A DNA stretch of 64,000 nt, from contig OX597818.1 in the NCBI GenBank assembly GCA_951406725.2, positions 41,230,001 through 41,294,000 of the forward strand. Direction: 5' to 3'. Below, one piece after another: positions 28,435 through 43,702 of the stretch. The notes under the pieces are model-generated. The model was given only the letters and a program-made list of their open reading frames with translations. It did not search any database and was not told where the DNA came from. This DNA is from Octopus vulgaris (Eukaryota). Numbering within the stretch: position 1 is the stretch's first letter; each line of letters opens with the position of its first letter. The position numbers were made by a program, and so were the translations under genes.

Positions 28435-28531
28435 GGAGTAAACACATAAATGTGAAACAAGGTGGTAAAAAGAGTACTCAAATACCAGTGGTAGAGTAAT
28501 ATGCTTTATTTAAAGCAGCAGAAAATTCAAT

Positions 28532-28578
28532 AAAATCTGTTACTCTGAGTTTCTCGTTGCCGTTCATCAGACAGTTTT
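28532..28578 (-). ncRNA. Minimal type-I hammerhead ribozyme (GUA site)
   Basis: Minus strand reads aaaactgt CTGATGA acg-gcaa-cga GAAA ctc-a-gag TA acagatttt. It lies in a 150 bp insert (28433-28586) flanked by (TA)n on both sides. Confidence 0.78.
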
Positions 28579-28583
28579 TGCTA

Positions 28584-28633
<50 letters not shown>

Positions 28634-28752
28634 GCATACACACACACATATATATACATAAATATATACATACACATATATATACATATATACATAAACA
28701 TATACACAGATAGACAGACATATCTATAGAAATATATATTTACATATATGCA

Positions 28753-28808
<56 letters not shown>

Positions 28809-29061
28809 CACATACATACATACATACATACATACATACATACATACATACATACATACATACATACATACATACATACATACATACATACATACATAGG
28901 TTTGTATGTATGTATCAATTCTGTTTGATTTCATTTATGTGATGTATTCCGTTTCTTTTTGTGGCTACTTATTCTCTTAAACGTTGAGGAATATATTATA
29001 TATTTATAAAATTTTTAAGCACTTTTTCATACACCCCTACACGCATGTGCACACACACACA

Positions 29062-29100
<39 letters not shown>

Positions 29101-29137
29101 ACACACATATATATATAACACATATATATAGACAGAC

Positions 29138-29214
<77 letters not shown>

Positions 29215-29237
29215 TACATATAAATACACACAAATAC

Positions 29238-29288
<51 letters not shown>

Positions 29289-30045
29289 CATACATATATA
29301 TATCTACATACATACATACGCATATTTATATATATATATGCATACACACAAACCCACATATACTCACAAAAGCACTTATACATCATACATACAACTACTT
29401 AACTGTATTCATAAATACATAGCTTAACAAGTATATCTCTTCATCTTTCATGTCTCTTGCTTTCAGAAGCGGCCCGTGGCTAGTTCAAATTATCAATATC
29501 GAGATCTATCAGTATATATCCTTCAGCCATCGATCTCAATATTATATCCTCAAACACAGACTATTGTCTTCTTTAGTTCTTTAAAAACTGCCCTCTAATT
29601 TTCTCATTTTTCCATATTTAATATTTCCCGCATTAATTGAGTTCTCTTCAACATAACACAGTGTTTCTTTTTAAATATCCGGTCCGCTTTGAACATCAAA
29701 CTCCTAAAGAACAAACTAATAGTAAACGCTAAAAGGGCCTATTTTCCCATTTTTCTTCTTTTTCTTTTGTTTTTTTTTCCTTTTCTTCAGTGCTTTTTTG
29801 TTTCGTTTTTTTTTTCTTTTCGTATTCTCTCGTATTTTGTTTTTAAAAAAGTGGGGTTTCGGAAGGAAAGAATCAAATGATATGACCAACATAGTTTACA
29901 TCAACTGTTTACCAATTCCGACTTGTATTTTCTAGCAATTCTAATTTACTCTTTTACTTGGTTAGGAAATTCTAATTGGTCCTTGTAGCCCAACAATTTG
30001 GTGGCTTCCATTAAACTGAGTATGAATGGAAAGACCAGTGAAGAT

Positions 30046-30932
30046 TTAACCTTTTTGTCGTACATTTCGAAATAATAAGCTTAGCGTAACCGCTTTATTG
30101 TCTCTTATACGCACGCTCGGATTTAAAGTAAGCGCTCCAAGTTAATATTAATACTCATTAACTTCTTAGCTTCAGTGGTTTTTGAGATAACTGACACTTG
30201 CTCGGTGCATATGGTTCTGAGTTCGATCCCAGAGCGTATTATTTGGAGCAAGAGTCTCTCTTCATTTACGTTCTCCATAATATTCTTCCGTAAAAGATCA
30301 TGAGAGCGTGTGTGTGTTTTTTTTTCTATTGTTGCCTTGTCTTTTTCTTCTATGCTAGATATAAAATTATTAAAGTTGGATGGAGACTGCTACATTGGTC
30401 ATACATGTACAACATACCTATTTCCTTACTACCCACAAAAGGTTAAACACAGAGAGGACAAACAAGGACAGACAAACGGATTAAGTTGAATATATCGACC
30501 CCAATGCGTAATTGGTACTTAATTTATCGACCCCGAAAGGATGAAAGGCGAAGTCGGCCTCGGTGGAATTTGAACTCAGAACGTAACGGCAGGCGAAATA
30601 CGGCTACGCATTTCGCCCGGCGTGCTAACGTCTCGGCCAGCTCGCGACCTATACATGTACAACATACTCCCGTCGTTTGGCCATACATTTACAACAAAGA
30701 ATATCATTTAAAAAAATTTGATTCGTATTCATTGATATATAAAATTTAAACTTCTTAGCTTCAGAGGATGAGATAACTGACACTGTCAATCGAGTGTCCA
30801 GGAATGAAATCCACTTCAAAACCATATTATTCTGAGATAGATCCCTCAACGTATTATTTCGAGCAAAATTTCCTTTCCATTTACATTTGGTTTGAGTGAA
30901 CAAAACCGATTTCTTATATGTCAAAAGGTTAA
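30046..30932. mobile_element. Possible piggyBac-like non-autonomous element, interrupted by SINEs
   Basis: TTAAcctttttgtcgta ... tatgtcaaaaggTTAA ends. Internal direct repeat aacttcttagcttcag...gagataactgacact near 30160 and 30749. Confidence 0.4.
30418..30650 (-). mobile_element. SINE family A with a perfect 17 bp TSD
   Basis: TSD atacatgtacaacatac at 30401 and 30651. Confidence 0.92.
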
Positions 30933-31613
30933 GGAACTTGCTTAAAAAAGCTTAGATTTTACTCATATTGCTCTGCATCACCGATAACAAGGCTGTATTG
31001 AAAACGAATGATATGGAACCAATATTATTGAAAAATTGATCAACCGCCATCGATAAACGTGTTTATTCTGAAACCGAAGTATCCAGTGCTAACGAGAAAA
31101 CCTCTGTTTGATCTCTCAGTCTGCTAGAAATAGCAACTATATTTCCATCAAATCACACCCTACAGTGTTGAGAAATGAAAGAACAAATTACACAGACTCT
31201 GCGGTAAGAAGCTTGCTTCACAACCACATGGTTCCGGGTTCGGAGCTGAATGGTGGTTAAACAAAAATACTTTGGTTTTATCTGTTAGTGAGAAGTCCCT
31301 GTACGCAGGAGAGACGACGGCTCACATGTCATCAGCATTGCCGTACTGTATCTTTAATGAAAACACTATATGTTTTTGGTAGCTGTATTTGTTAGCCAAA
31401 TAGTAAAATTGCATCAGTGAACAGGTGACAGAAATGCGACGAAAATTTAGGTACCTCAAGAAATAACCGAAAATGAATATAACAGTTTCAGCATGTTATT
31501 ATATGACTAAAATAGCTCTTCAGAGAGAGAGAGAGAGAGAGAGATGAGGAGGAGGAGGAGGAGAGGAGAGAAGGAAGAAAAGGATAGATGTATGTTCATA
31601 AGCATATACATAC

Positions 31614-31670
<57 letters not shown>

Positions 31671-32932
31671 TATATATACACATGTGAGTGTATGAGTGTA
31701 ATATCATTCGTTGGCATACATCCGTGAAATATGTAGAAAATAGCGAGAAAACTGATAAACCGGTGCGTTTGAAAAAAACTAATTCGTGCTATTAATTCTG
31801 TCCGAGTTACTCAGACATCCGCTTTTTTATCTCTCGCAATTGGAAATGCAGTGAAACAGTGCCTGGCCCTTCCAAACCTACCTAAGACAACGACGTTATT
31901 ATTCCCAAAATACACAAAATATAACACATAAACACACACACACATGTATGCATACTTAGATGCAAGCAAATTATTTTTGCGCTACCGCTACCCAAATCCA
32001 TTCAAGTACCGTTCTGTCGTTCCAATAAGGATCAAGAACCAAATTGCCCTTTCCGTTCTTGGCAGTGTTGTCCAATATACTGAGCACCATCTTAAATTCA
32101 AGATAAGTGGGATGTTAAGAGTCTTATCAAGTGTAATTCTTATAATTAAACATGAACTCATACCTCTGGAGTCGAACGAATGACATCTTAACCCTGTCGT
32201 CCGTTGATTCATTGAAAAATTAAACAGAATGTAACAAAGGAGTTTTAACTCGAAATTTTAAAATGCTTTAAATGTTCTCTTCTCCCTAGTCGACAAACAT
32301 GTTGAGTGGAATTTCTTTTGTGGCATTATAAATGTTGTTTTAGATGTTCAAGACTAAAATGTGTACAAATACTTAATGTCAGTCAGTCTTAGAAGATAAT
32401 CATTCTCCTTAAAAGATATGTTCGCCTTTGGACTCAATTATGGCACATAAATCAATCTCTACTGATATAAAACAGCAGGATAAACAAGCATTGGAAATGA
32501 TTGAAGAGCCGTTACTTGTAAGCCAGTCTCAAGTTAAGATGGCGACGGAGATGTCTGTTCAAATTAGAGTGAAATGGGACGACGGCAGTGTTGTTGCTGG
32601 TGATGGTGTCGGTGGTGGCGATAGTAGTGTTGGTGGTGGTGGCGGCGGAGACTGTCAGAGCCGAATATCCCATTTTCTCCTTCTCGAGGCTCTACCAATT
32701 TGATCAATAAATCTTTTGAATGGTTATTTACCGAATGATATTGTAAAGTCAATAATCCAAGATAATTTTTTTTTTATCTCAGCTATTACATTCTCCCTAT
32801 CATTCCTTGCTCGTTCTTTCATTCTTTTCTTCACCCTTCCTTCCCTCTCACTTTCCTTCTTCCCCCCTCCCTCTCTCTCTATCTATCTATCTATCTATTT
32901 ATTTCTCGATGTATCAATGTATTTGTCTTTCC

Positions 32933-32988
<56 letters not shown>

Positions 32989-33221
32989 TCTATGTCCCAC
33001 ACGTTCATTACTTTTATTACTCTCCTCTTTCTCTCTCAAAATTTCAATCACATCTTTCTTTCTCTCTTACCGCCTTTCTTTCACATAGTTACACTTACTC
33101 ACATTTACATTTTATTCTCCCCTCTTTCTCTCCTTGTCTCCCTCTCTCTCCTTATGCCCCTACTCATTCTGTACTACGTCCATGATCTTACATCTCCTTT
33201 TATAAATCTTCTATCCTTCTA

Positions 33222-33640
33222 AGGCGGCGAGCTGGCAGAAACGTTAGCACGCCGGGCGAAATGCTTAGCGGCATTTCGTCTGCCGCTACGTTCTGAGTCC
33301 AAATTCCGCCGAGGTCGACTTTGCCTTTCATCATTTCAGGGTCGATTAAATAAGCACCAGTTACGCACTGGGGTCAATGTAATCGACTTAATCCCGTTTG
33401 TCTGTCCTTGTTTGTCCCCTCCATGTTTAGCCTCTTGCGGGCAATAAAGAAATAAGAAACGTTAGTACGCCGGGCGAAATGCTTAGCGGTATTCTGAGTT
33501 CAAATTCCGCCGAGGTCAACTTTACCTTTCATCCTTTCGGGGTCGATAAATTAAATACCAGTTGCGTACTGGTGTTAATATAGACGACTGAGCCCTTCCC
33601 GAAAAGTTTCGGGCCTTGTGCCTAGAATAGAAAAGAATAT
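33222..33640 (+). mobile_element. SINE family A, dimeric copy
   Basis: Two tandem head/core units, as in the 9070 copy. Confidence 0.92.
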
Positions 33641-33751
33641 TCTATCCATTTTTATATATATTCTCAATTAATCTCCAGTCACTCGCTCTCTCTCTCTCAC
33701 TCTTTCTTTCTCTCTATCCCATACACACAGCCTCTCTCTTTCTCTCCCCCC

Positions 33752-33783
<32 letters not shown>

Positions 33784-34073
33784 ACATCGTCGTTTTCTCC
33801 TTCATTATTTCTATTAACACTTGCTCAGTCTCTTGCTGTGAAGTTTATCTTTTCTCTCTGTTCCCCTCTTTCTCACTCTCTCTCTCTCTACGTCTCCCTA
33901 TCCCATCCTCCCTTTCTCCCTCTACCATGCTCACATTCGTTCACATTCACCTCTCGCTGTCACTCATATTCTTTTACACCCTCTCTGCGAACAGTCATTC
34001 CATTCCTTTCTACATAAATGGTCTTCGCTGTCTGTCATCTCACCCAAAAACCTCACAGACAGACAGACAAACA

Positions 34074-34108
<35 letters not shown>

Positions 34109-35671
34109 ACGCGCATATACACACACTTACACACGCACATACACACAAGCCAACGAGAGAGCTTGTATGTGGTCGATCGTTTTGCTAGAAATGTCAACCA
34201 AATCAGTATTAAAAAAAAGAAGAAAACAATCCCTTTGGCTTACGTAACCTTGGATTCCCTGCACATATGAATAAAGAGTGGTCACGGTTGGAATGCTTTC
34301 GTCATAGCCCTACTCGATCAGCACTGACCTGGGGCTAATCAACACCACCACCAACAACAACAACAACGACCTACTTTCACTTTCCCTTCACTCTTTCTGC
34401 CATTGTTTTTCTTCCATTTTATCTCTTTCCCTCTCCCACTCGCCGTCCATATTCCTTTTCCTCTCATTCACTCACTCACTCACTCACTCGCTATCCATCT
34501 ATCTACCCCTCTCACCCACTCATTCATTCATTCCCTATCTATCTTCTTTCCAGTTCCTGCAACCACCACCACCATCACCACCACCACCACCACTACCACA
34601 ACCTCTACACAATATTTCTCATTTATTACGACTACATCACTTGCGCATTGTTTTTGTATATATTTTTCCCTATTTATCTCCCTCTAATCTCTCAACTTAT
34701 ACATTTTATTAATACACGTCATTTTCGCCATAAATTTTTTCAGTCAAATAAACACATACCAATTCATACATTTCAATACACCGATATTATCGGATTGGGA
34801 TCTCTGAATTTCCTTAAAATGGATCCATGACTAACCATTACACCACCCTATCTGTGGTTACATCTATATTTATGGCAATCTCTGTATGCTAGTCTATGAT
34901 TCAGTATATTGGACGACAGCATAATAAAACGAGGCTATGTATTTCTATTATATTATCTATATATGTTCACGCGCCTATACGTATGTATGTATGTATGTAT
35001 GTATGTATGTATGTATGTATGTATGTATGTATGTATGTATGTATGTATGTATGTATGCATGTATGTGAGTGTTCGTTGTCCATGCTTCATCCGTGTATAT
35101 GCATGCACATATATGTGTGTATGTTCATGCGTAGATTTGTGTAAATATTACGAACGATTCTGGTGCAGTTGATTTAAACGACTGTGTTAATAAGATGTTA
35201 GTGTTATATAAATATATGCATGTATGTACGTAGATATGTGCGTATGTGGCCATGGGTGCATGTACTATGTATGCGTGTGCGTGCGCTCGAGCGTGCGAGA
35301 GAGAGAGGGAGAGAGAAAGGTGTATGTATGTATGTGCAAGCAATATGTGTAAATGTTCATACGCAAGCAGCTCTACGATTATATACGTAATGACAAATGA
35401 TTGATTACATACACAAGCCTGAGTCAATGCACTCACGCAGACACGCATAGACATTCGTTCATGTACATACATGCATACATGTGAATATATGTACGTACGT
35501 ATGCATGTATGTGTGAATACGTATGTGGTGTATGTATGTATGCTTATTTGTAGGGCTGTACTATGTATGTTTAATAGAAAGGGAGGAAGTCTGTACTATT
35601 GACCGTTTTCAGAGCGCCTCCGAGAGTAACGGAAGAAATAGAAGTTAGACTCAAACACTAGACCTGACCTA

Positions 35672-35893
35672 AATTATTATTTTCTACTCTAGGTACAAGG
35701 CCAGAAATTTTGGGGAGAAGGGGCTAGTCTATTAGATCGACCCCATCACACAACTTGTACTTATTTTACCGACCCCCAAAGGATGAAAGGCAAAGTCGAC
35801 CCAGTGGAATTTGAACTCAGAACGTAACGGCAGACGAAATACTGCTAAGCATTTCGCCCGGCGTGCTAATGTTTCTGCCAGCTCGCCGCCTTA
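35672..35893 (-). mobile_element. SINE family A, monomer
   Basis: Family A sequence with an (ATT) tail. Confidence 0.9.
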
Positions 35894-36234
35894 TGACCCA
35901 AACTACTGTAATAAGATGATTTCCTCTCCTGTAAAGGCACCCAAGAATCAATTGTTAGAGTTAGGTCAATGGCAAATTTAATCTTATCTAAGAACAGGAA
36001 CTGAACTGTTCTTCTGAAAGACATCTACATCTGTCTATCAAATTTCTTCACGATGAAATATGCACCAGTTAAACACTGGGTCGATGTAATCGCCTAAACC
36101 CTCAAATTCCAGGCTTTGTGCTTCTTACTAGAGGCACAAAACCTGAAATAGTATGTATTTATGTATTATGAAAAGCAGTTTGAATCGCTTCCGTGCTACT
36201 GCAAGATTCCGAAGTCCCTAATCACACACACACA

Positions 36235-36390
36235 CGACAGGCTTATTTCAGATTCCGTCTACCAAATCCACTCACAAGGATTTGGTCGGTCGAGACATTA
36301 GTAGAAAACATTTGCCCAAGGTGCCGCGCAGCGGGACTGAGACCGGAACCATGAGGCTGAGAAGCAAGCTTCTTACCAAACAGCTACGCA
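36235..36390 (-). mobile_element. SINE family B, 5' half
   Basis: ccgtctaccaaatccactcacaagg...gcccaaggtgccgcgcag. Confidence 0.8.
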
Positions 36391-37170
36391 TATTTATGCA
36401 TAAGCATACATACACGAACGCACACAGAGGAAAAGTCGATATAGAACTGGCTGCATACGAAATTATCGAACGATCACATAAATTTTGATTGTATCGTTTG
36501 TTATTACCGAAATTTTAAAATATCCATTGCGGGATGAAGACGAATGTGCTGCGGTGACATTTGGCAGAAATTAACCGCAGTGTAAACTGCCAATGGTTCG
36601 AAATAAGAAAGTAGTCGCCATATTGATTTCGATGGCGGAGAAATGGGATGGAAATTGAGGGAAGGATATCTAAATAATAGGATATCTACAAACTAAGATT
36701 ATTGACTAATATATATATATGTAAAAGTGCATAAATGTAACGGGTTTCTCTCTTTTATGATTAAATACAAAGAGAAAGGGAGAAGGGGTGAGAGTAGACA
36801 AAGAAACAGAGGGGCAAGAGAGATCATTAGGTAGAAATGATATGTTAATGCACACACACAAGCACACACATACATATATATATGTGTGTGTCTGTGCAGT
36901 GACATTTTGACGTCAAGGGATGCAACCGATTTAGATCGGTAAGCACTGAGTGTAAGTGGCTGGTGAACCATCCAGAAATAGTAGCTATATATACTTTAAA
37001 TTACACCAACCTTACAATGTAAAGGAAACAACCATATGTAATACCAGATATTCCTGACAAAGGGAGATAATCACGGTTTGATTCCCTTTCATCATAGATG
37101 TGCTCAATCAGATCGGCTCTGGATCAAAATGACTGCAGTAACAGACACACATACAGACATGCACACATAC

Positions 37171-37408
37171 TCTTTATCTCTTTTACCTGTTTCAGTCATT
37201 TGATTGTGGCCATGCTGGAGCACCGCCTTTAGTCGAGCAAATCGACCCCAGGACTTATTCTTTGTAAGCCCGTGTACTTATTCTACCGGTCTCTTTTGCC
37301 GAACCGCTAAGTTACGGGGACGTAAACACATCAGAATCGGTTGTCAAGCGATGTTGGAGGGACAAACACAGACACGCAAACATATACACACACGAACATA
37401 TATATATA

Positions 37409-37462
<54 letters not shown>

Positions 37463-37640
37463 TACACATATATATACGACGGGCTTCTTTCAGCTTCCGC
37501 CTACCAAATCCACTCACAAGGCTTTGCTCAGCCTGAGGCTATAGTAGAAGACAATTGCCCAAGGTGCCACACAGTGGGACTGAACCCGGAACCATGTGCC
37601 TGGTAAGCAAGCTACTTACCATACAGCCACTCCTACGCCT
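37171..37640 (-). mobile_element. SINE family B, full length
   Basis: As for the 13982 copy. Confidence 0.92.
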
Positions 37641-38473
37641 ATATTGATATGCATGCAGATTGATATGCATGCAGATTCAAGACGCAACTATTTATTTTAA
37701 AACTGGCGATGACGTTTATGAGATACAACAGCGTTAAGTAATTCGGCTTGTATTCCCATTGTTTCGAGTTCGATTCCACTCTACGCCAAATGTGTCCACG
37801 TGTTTTTTTAAAGTAGCCTTAGTTTCAATGAATACCTTGTCAATGGAATCTGGTAATCAAGAACAGTTTGTTTTTTTTTTCGAGCTTATTTTGCATTTTT
37901 CAGGAATTATATCATTAAGATGTTAGACTTTTATATGTTTAGCCTGGAACAATACCGCTTCTGTGTTTGCTAATGTTTAAAGAAATTCTCAGCCCCATCA
38001 GCAGGATGAAAGGAAGGATGTTGCGGCGTTTCATAGTAGGCAGCAAGGGATCATGATGACGCCGTCATGATTAATAATCGCCATTGCCTGATTTAAAAGT
38101 AATTGTCGCATCTTGAATATACGTACATATAGGTGCGTATTTGAGAAAGGGTATGAGTATATGCAAGTGTGATTATGTGTGCTTGTGTTTTTGTGTGTGT
38201 ATGTGGGAATGACCGAGCGAAATACGTGTTATCACAACGTCAGTTGATTGTCTGGAAACTACAAATGACAGTGATCTAGAATTTATCAGATGGTAAATAG
38301 TATTACATACGTATATGCATGGTAAATAGTATTACATACGTATATGCATACACATATATAAACGTATATACACATATATAAATAAATCTGCACTCATACA
38401 TACAACTACACAGACATACATATATGTATATCTACAAACAGATACATATATACAACCAAGTACACACACAAAC

Positions 38474-38508
<35 letters not shown>

Positions 38509-39262
38509 TGTCTACGTATGTGTATGTGCGTATATATATGTGTGTGTGTGTGCGTGTGTGTATGTATGTATATATATGTATGTATGTATGCATATGTGTA
38601 TGCTTGTATGTATGTATGTATGTATGTATGAATGTATGTATGTGTATATGTATGTAATTATGTATCCTTCTCTATATATATGCGTACGCACACAACACAC
38701 ATATACACGCACACAACAAACATATATACGTATGTTGAGATATAGGGAAATATATATAGAGAGAAATAGATAAATACATACACACGCATGCACGTACATA
38801 CATCGTGTATGCCTAGCATCTCCCAATCCACACCATTTCAATTTACCTCGATCTCTGCTAATCTCTGTCAGCTTATGACATTTTTATCCATTGACAGGTC
38901 AATTCGTCAAATACATTGAATGCTTTTGCCCCTTGCTGCCGACCTCATATTTGGTTTAATCCTAAAAGTGACACATCAGCCAGACGTACATACTTGCATA
39001 CATACATACATACATACATACATACATACATACATACATTCATGCATACATACATACATACATACATACATGCATACATACATACATACAGGCATGCATA
39101 TGCATATAAAGATGCATAGAAACATGCATTCATGTATGTATGCATCCATCCATACATACATACAGGGATGCATGCATACATATATACACACATATACACA
39201 TACATATATATAAGCATGCATACATACGTACATACATAATACAAACAAGCATGCATACTTGC

Positions 39263-39338
<76 letters not shown>

Positions 39339-39349
39339 CATACTCACGC

Positions 39350-39390
<41 letters not shown>

Positions 39391-39395
39391 CATAC

Positions 39396-39449
<54 letters not shown>

Positions 39450-39785
39450 ATTGAACAATCCAATCACGTCTTCTTTCACCACCATTTGTACGTTTATTCA
39501 TTTTATGATGGTGGAACTGATGATGATGATGATGTGGAAGAGGAGGAGGAGGAGGAGGGTGGGGAAGAAGGAGGAGTTCGGATTCAGGCGCAAGGCTGAC
39601 AAATTGAAGAGCCTAGATTAGTTGATACCATAAAGCACCAGTATTTTACTGGTACTGTTTTATTTTTCTACCCCAAAAAGATGAAAGGTAAAGTTGATAC
39701 CGACGGGATTGGAAATGAGAATACTCAGAAGTAATATTACAAGACATTTCCAGACGCCTCTAATAATAATAACTATTATTATTAA

Positions 39786-40108
39786 CGGTGGTGAGCTGGC
39801 AGAAACGTTAGTACGCTGGGCGAAATGCTTAGCCGTATTTCGTCGGCCGTTACGTTCTGAGTTCAAATTCTGCCGAAGTTGACTTTGTCTTTCATCCTTT
39901 CAGGGTCGGTTAAATAAGTACCAGTTACGCACTGGGGTCGATATAATTGACTTAATCCGTTTATGTGTACTTGTTTGTCCCCTCTATGTTTATCCCCTCG
40001 TGGGCAATAAAGAAGTAAGAAACGTTAGCACGCCGGGTGAAATGCTTAGCAGTATTTCATCTGTCTTTAAGTTCTGAGTTCAAACTCCACCGAGGTTGAC
40101 TTTGCCCT
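39786..40108 (+). mobile_element. SINE family A dimer, 3'-truncated (a degraded inverted copy lies at 39635-39760)
   Basis: Family A sequence. Confidence 0.88.
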
Positions 40109-40114
40109 TCAAAG

Positions 40115-40285
40115 TCCTGTCAAAGGATGGATAGTCTCATCGTAAGCCAATGATCGTCCATGCGAGTGGTGTCTCATAAAAAAATATCTTGCGTCTGAGC
40201 TGGCAAACCGTGGAGCGACCTTAGCCACAAAAACTTCAATAAAAGACAGACTGTGTTTTCGAGTTGGAGAGTTATGTGGCGTAGA
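40115..40285 (+). pseudogene. Degraded Penelope-like GIY-YIG C-terminus
   Basis: Translates to WIVSS*ANDRPCEWCLIKKYL and, after a frameshift, FNKRQTVFSSWR. This resembles the PLE motif W.I...A...C.LCL.EK..I...LNKR.E..S.CRH. Confidence 0.45.
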
Positions 40286-40875
40286 CCAGGAGAAAAGAGA
40301 AAGAGAGAAAGGGAGCAGAGAGATCAAGGTTAGACTTTTCCTTGTTCATGAAGGTATTTTAGGATCAAAATGTAACTTGAATTGAAATGCTTTTCTCATC
40401 CGCATGCAATTTGGTTAGGATTTCTTCAACTACGGTTTTCAAGAGCTGAATATTAACAGAATGCGATTCACCAGTTGGAGGGGAATCCGCGAGAGAAAAC
40501 TTTCCCGAGCGAAACTGGCCAAATCATCGTTGATATGTTCGGAGGCTCAAAGTTTCATTTCCATAGTCAGAACAAATATTTCTTGCAGCTTCTCTTGTAG
40601 AAGAGCGCCTTTTGAATTCGTACAGCATGCATTGTCTGATACGGATCTAATTTAAATTAATTTTAAAGGGGGTAAAATCGATTCAAATTTAAGTACTATG
40701 GCACAAGATAGCGTGCAAAGAAAGAGGAAAAAAACATTAGAATGTTCAAATTTATGTTTATATTCCCGAAAGTATTGAAAAGTACTCCCAGGGTATCAAG
40801 TCAAAAATGCAACGGATCTTTGTTTCCTATCTAACACAGACACATACACACAAACACACATACACTCACGTATAT

Positions 40876-40951
<76 letters not shown>

Positions 40952-41112
40952 CAGGCGTGTCAAACCTCACTTTACTAATAGCTTTTTATGCAGCAGGTGC
41001 CCTGAGTTCTGGTATTTTCTTTTGACATTCCTTTCAGTTACGTCACTTAATGTTCTAACATGAAAGCCCTACATCTTTCCCATTCTATTCTACAATCTGG
41101 CAGTAACACATA

Positions 41113-41163
41113 GTGAATTCATCGCTGATGAGTCTTCATAAGACCGAAACATCTCGAGATTCA
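41113..41163 (+). ncRNA. Degenerate hammerhead core
   Basis: tcg CTGATGA gtctt-cat-aagac c GAAAC atct cga. The cleavage triplet is not canonical. Lies in an insert after the (TA)n at 40884-40949. Confidence 0.5.
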
Positions 41164-41374
41164 TCACCACACTGCTAAAGATCAGACTCCTTTCTACACA
41201 ATATTTAATTAGTTTTGATGAACTGAATTTATTGGATTGTGTTTGTTGCCAGCCCCTTTTTAAACGGAATTAGTCATCAAAATATTCAATTTTTCATTAT
41301 TACACTCAGGATATAATTTTTAATTAATTAAAGTTTTATAGTTCATCGCACCAAATATCTTAGTGCCTACTTTA

Positions 41375-41454
<80 letters not shown>

Positions 41455-41559
41455 ATATATATATATATATATGTGCGTGTGCGTCTGCGTTTATAAGTAC
41501 AAACATGTAAGTCTGTGTATGTCAATATATATATATATATATATACATACATACATACA

Positions 41560-41590
<31 letters not shown>

Positions 41591-41675
41591 GTGTGTATAT
41601 ATATATGTGTGTGTGTGTTTATGTATATATACACACAGACACACACACATATATATATATATATATACACACACT

Positions 41676-41709
<34 letters not shown>

Positions 41710-41842
41710 CACTCACACACACAAACATACATAGATACATCAATATAGACAGACACACAAGCATATACAGACACACACAAGCACACACACACAATGACAG
41801 ACAGGCAGGCAGGCAGGCAAGCAGACAGTCAGACTGATGGAT

Positions 41843-41900
<58 letters not shown>

Positions 41901-42275
41901 CGTTAGGCTTACATACAGTGACACACACATTCAAATAAACGTACGAACCTATGAACATGCAAAACCTCCGCCTCCAATCGTTCCTCTTCACATCTCAGAC
42001 ATTTTTTTTTTCCCTTATAATATCTCATAAGAATCTATTGTCTGCTACAACAGATTCGCTCCACTTTCCTTATGTCTTTCCACTCATCACAATTCTCCAT
42101 TCTTCGCACACACTTATGCACGTATCGAATGCATTAAGCACACGCGTACGCAACGTCATGTATCCCCCCCACATTCGTAAGAAAAAAAAACTAAACTCAT
42201 GTATTTCTAGACAAACGGACATACAGATTCTATTAGAAAAGACAAGCTGTTCACTATGGTCTTTAATTCACTCAC

Positions 42276-42337
<62 letters not shown>

Positions 42338-42457
42338 GTGTGCGTGTGTGTGTGTGTACGTCTGTGTGTATCTGTGTGTGTGTGTGAGAATTTGTATGTA
42401 TATTATATTATATATGTATGTTATTTATAAGAATGTATGCATATATATATTATATAT

Positions 42458-42556
<99 letters not shown>

Positions 42557-42606
42557 CATACATACATACATACATACATCCATGCATACATAAACATGCA
42601 TAGATT

Positions 42607-42664
<58 letters not shown>

Positions 42665-43204
42665 CTGACAAACAGATATACAGATACCTATACATATATA
42701 TGGGTATATACACGCACACACACATATGTGAGTGTGTGTGTGTGTGTGTGTATCTAGGTATATATATATAAATATAAATATATATATATGTATATATATT
42801 GTAGATTTGTATACATAGTCACGAAACGCGCGTCGTCATTTTAATGTGTTTTTTTAATGTATATTATTTAGTATAGAAACTTTTAGTACAATGGTAATAA
42901 TAATATATTTAAACTTATATTTTAGTATAGATAATATCTTTCATTATTAATTGAATTACTTTATGGAGGTCCTATCTCTTAATTCTAAATGTATATACAC
43001 ACACACATACACGCAGTCACGCATATACTGACATACATGTATAAGTATGTGACTAGACAGGCGTATGTTCAACATACAGCTCATACGCACACTGACACGT
43101 ATATAGACAACCACACACATGCAAATCTGTGTACGTTATAGACAGACAGACACGCACACTACATTAATCACACGTCCACACCATTACACATATATGTGTG
43201 TGAG

Positions 43205-43242
<38 letters not shown>

Positions 43243-43702
43243 TATGTATGTATATGTATAGGTACAAGTATATGTATATATATATATATACAACTGTGTA
43301 TATACATACATATATGTGTGTGTGTGTGTGTGTGTATGTGTATACTCATAAACATACACATACACGTTCGCAAATCTACATATCTACTTACAGGTACACG
43401 CACCATATATCAATAGAGACAGCCACAACCAAATTCCTATATACTCACAAATATAGTGTGTCTGCAAGTGCATGTGTGTATTTGTGTGTGTGTATTTGTG
43501 TTTGTGTTTGCATGCGTGTGTGTGTGATCATATGTGTATATGTGTATGTGTATGACAACCGATCTTGGTGTGTTTACGTCCGCGTAAGTCAGCGGTTCGG
43601 TAAAACAGTCCGATAGAATAAGTCCTTCAGGTCGATTTGTTCGGCTAAAGGTTGGGAATCAGGCTACTTACCACACAGTCACTCCTGCGCCTACATAATA
43701 TA

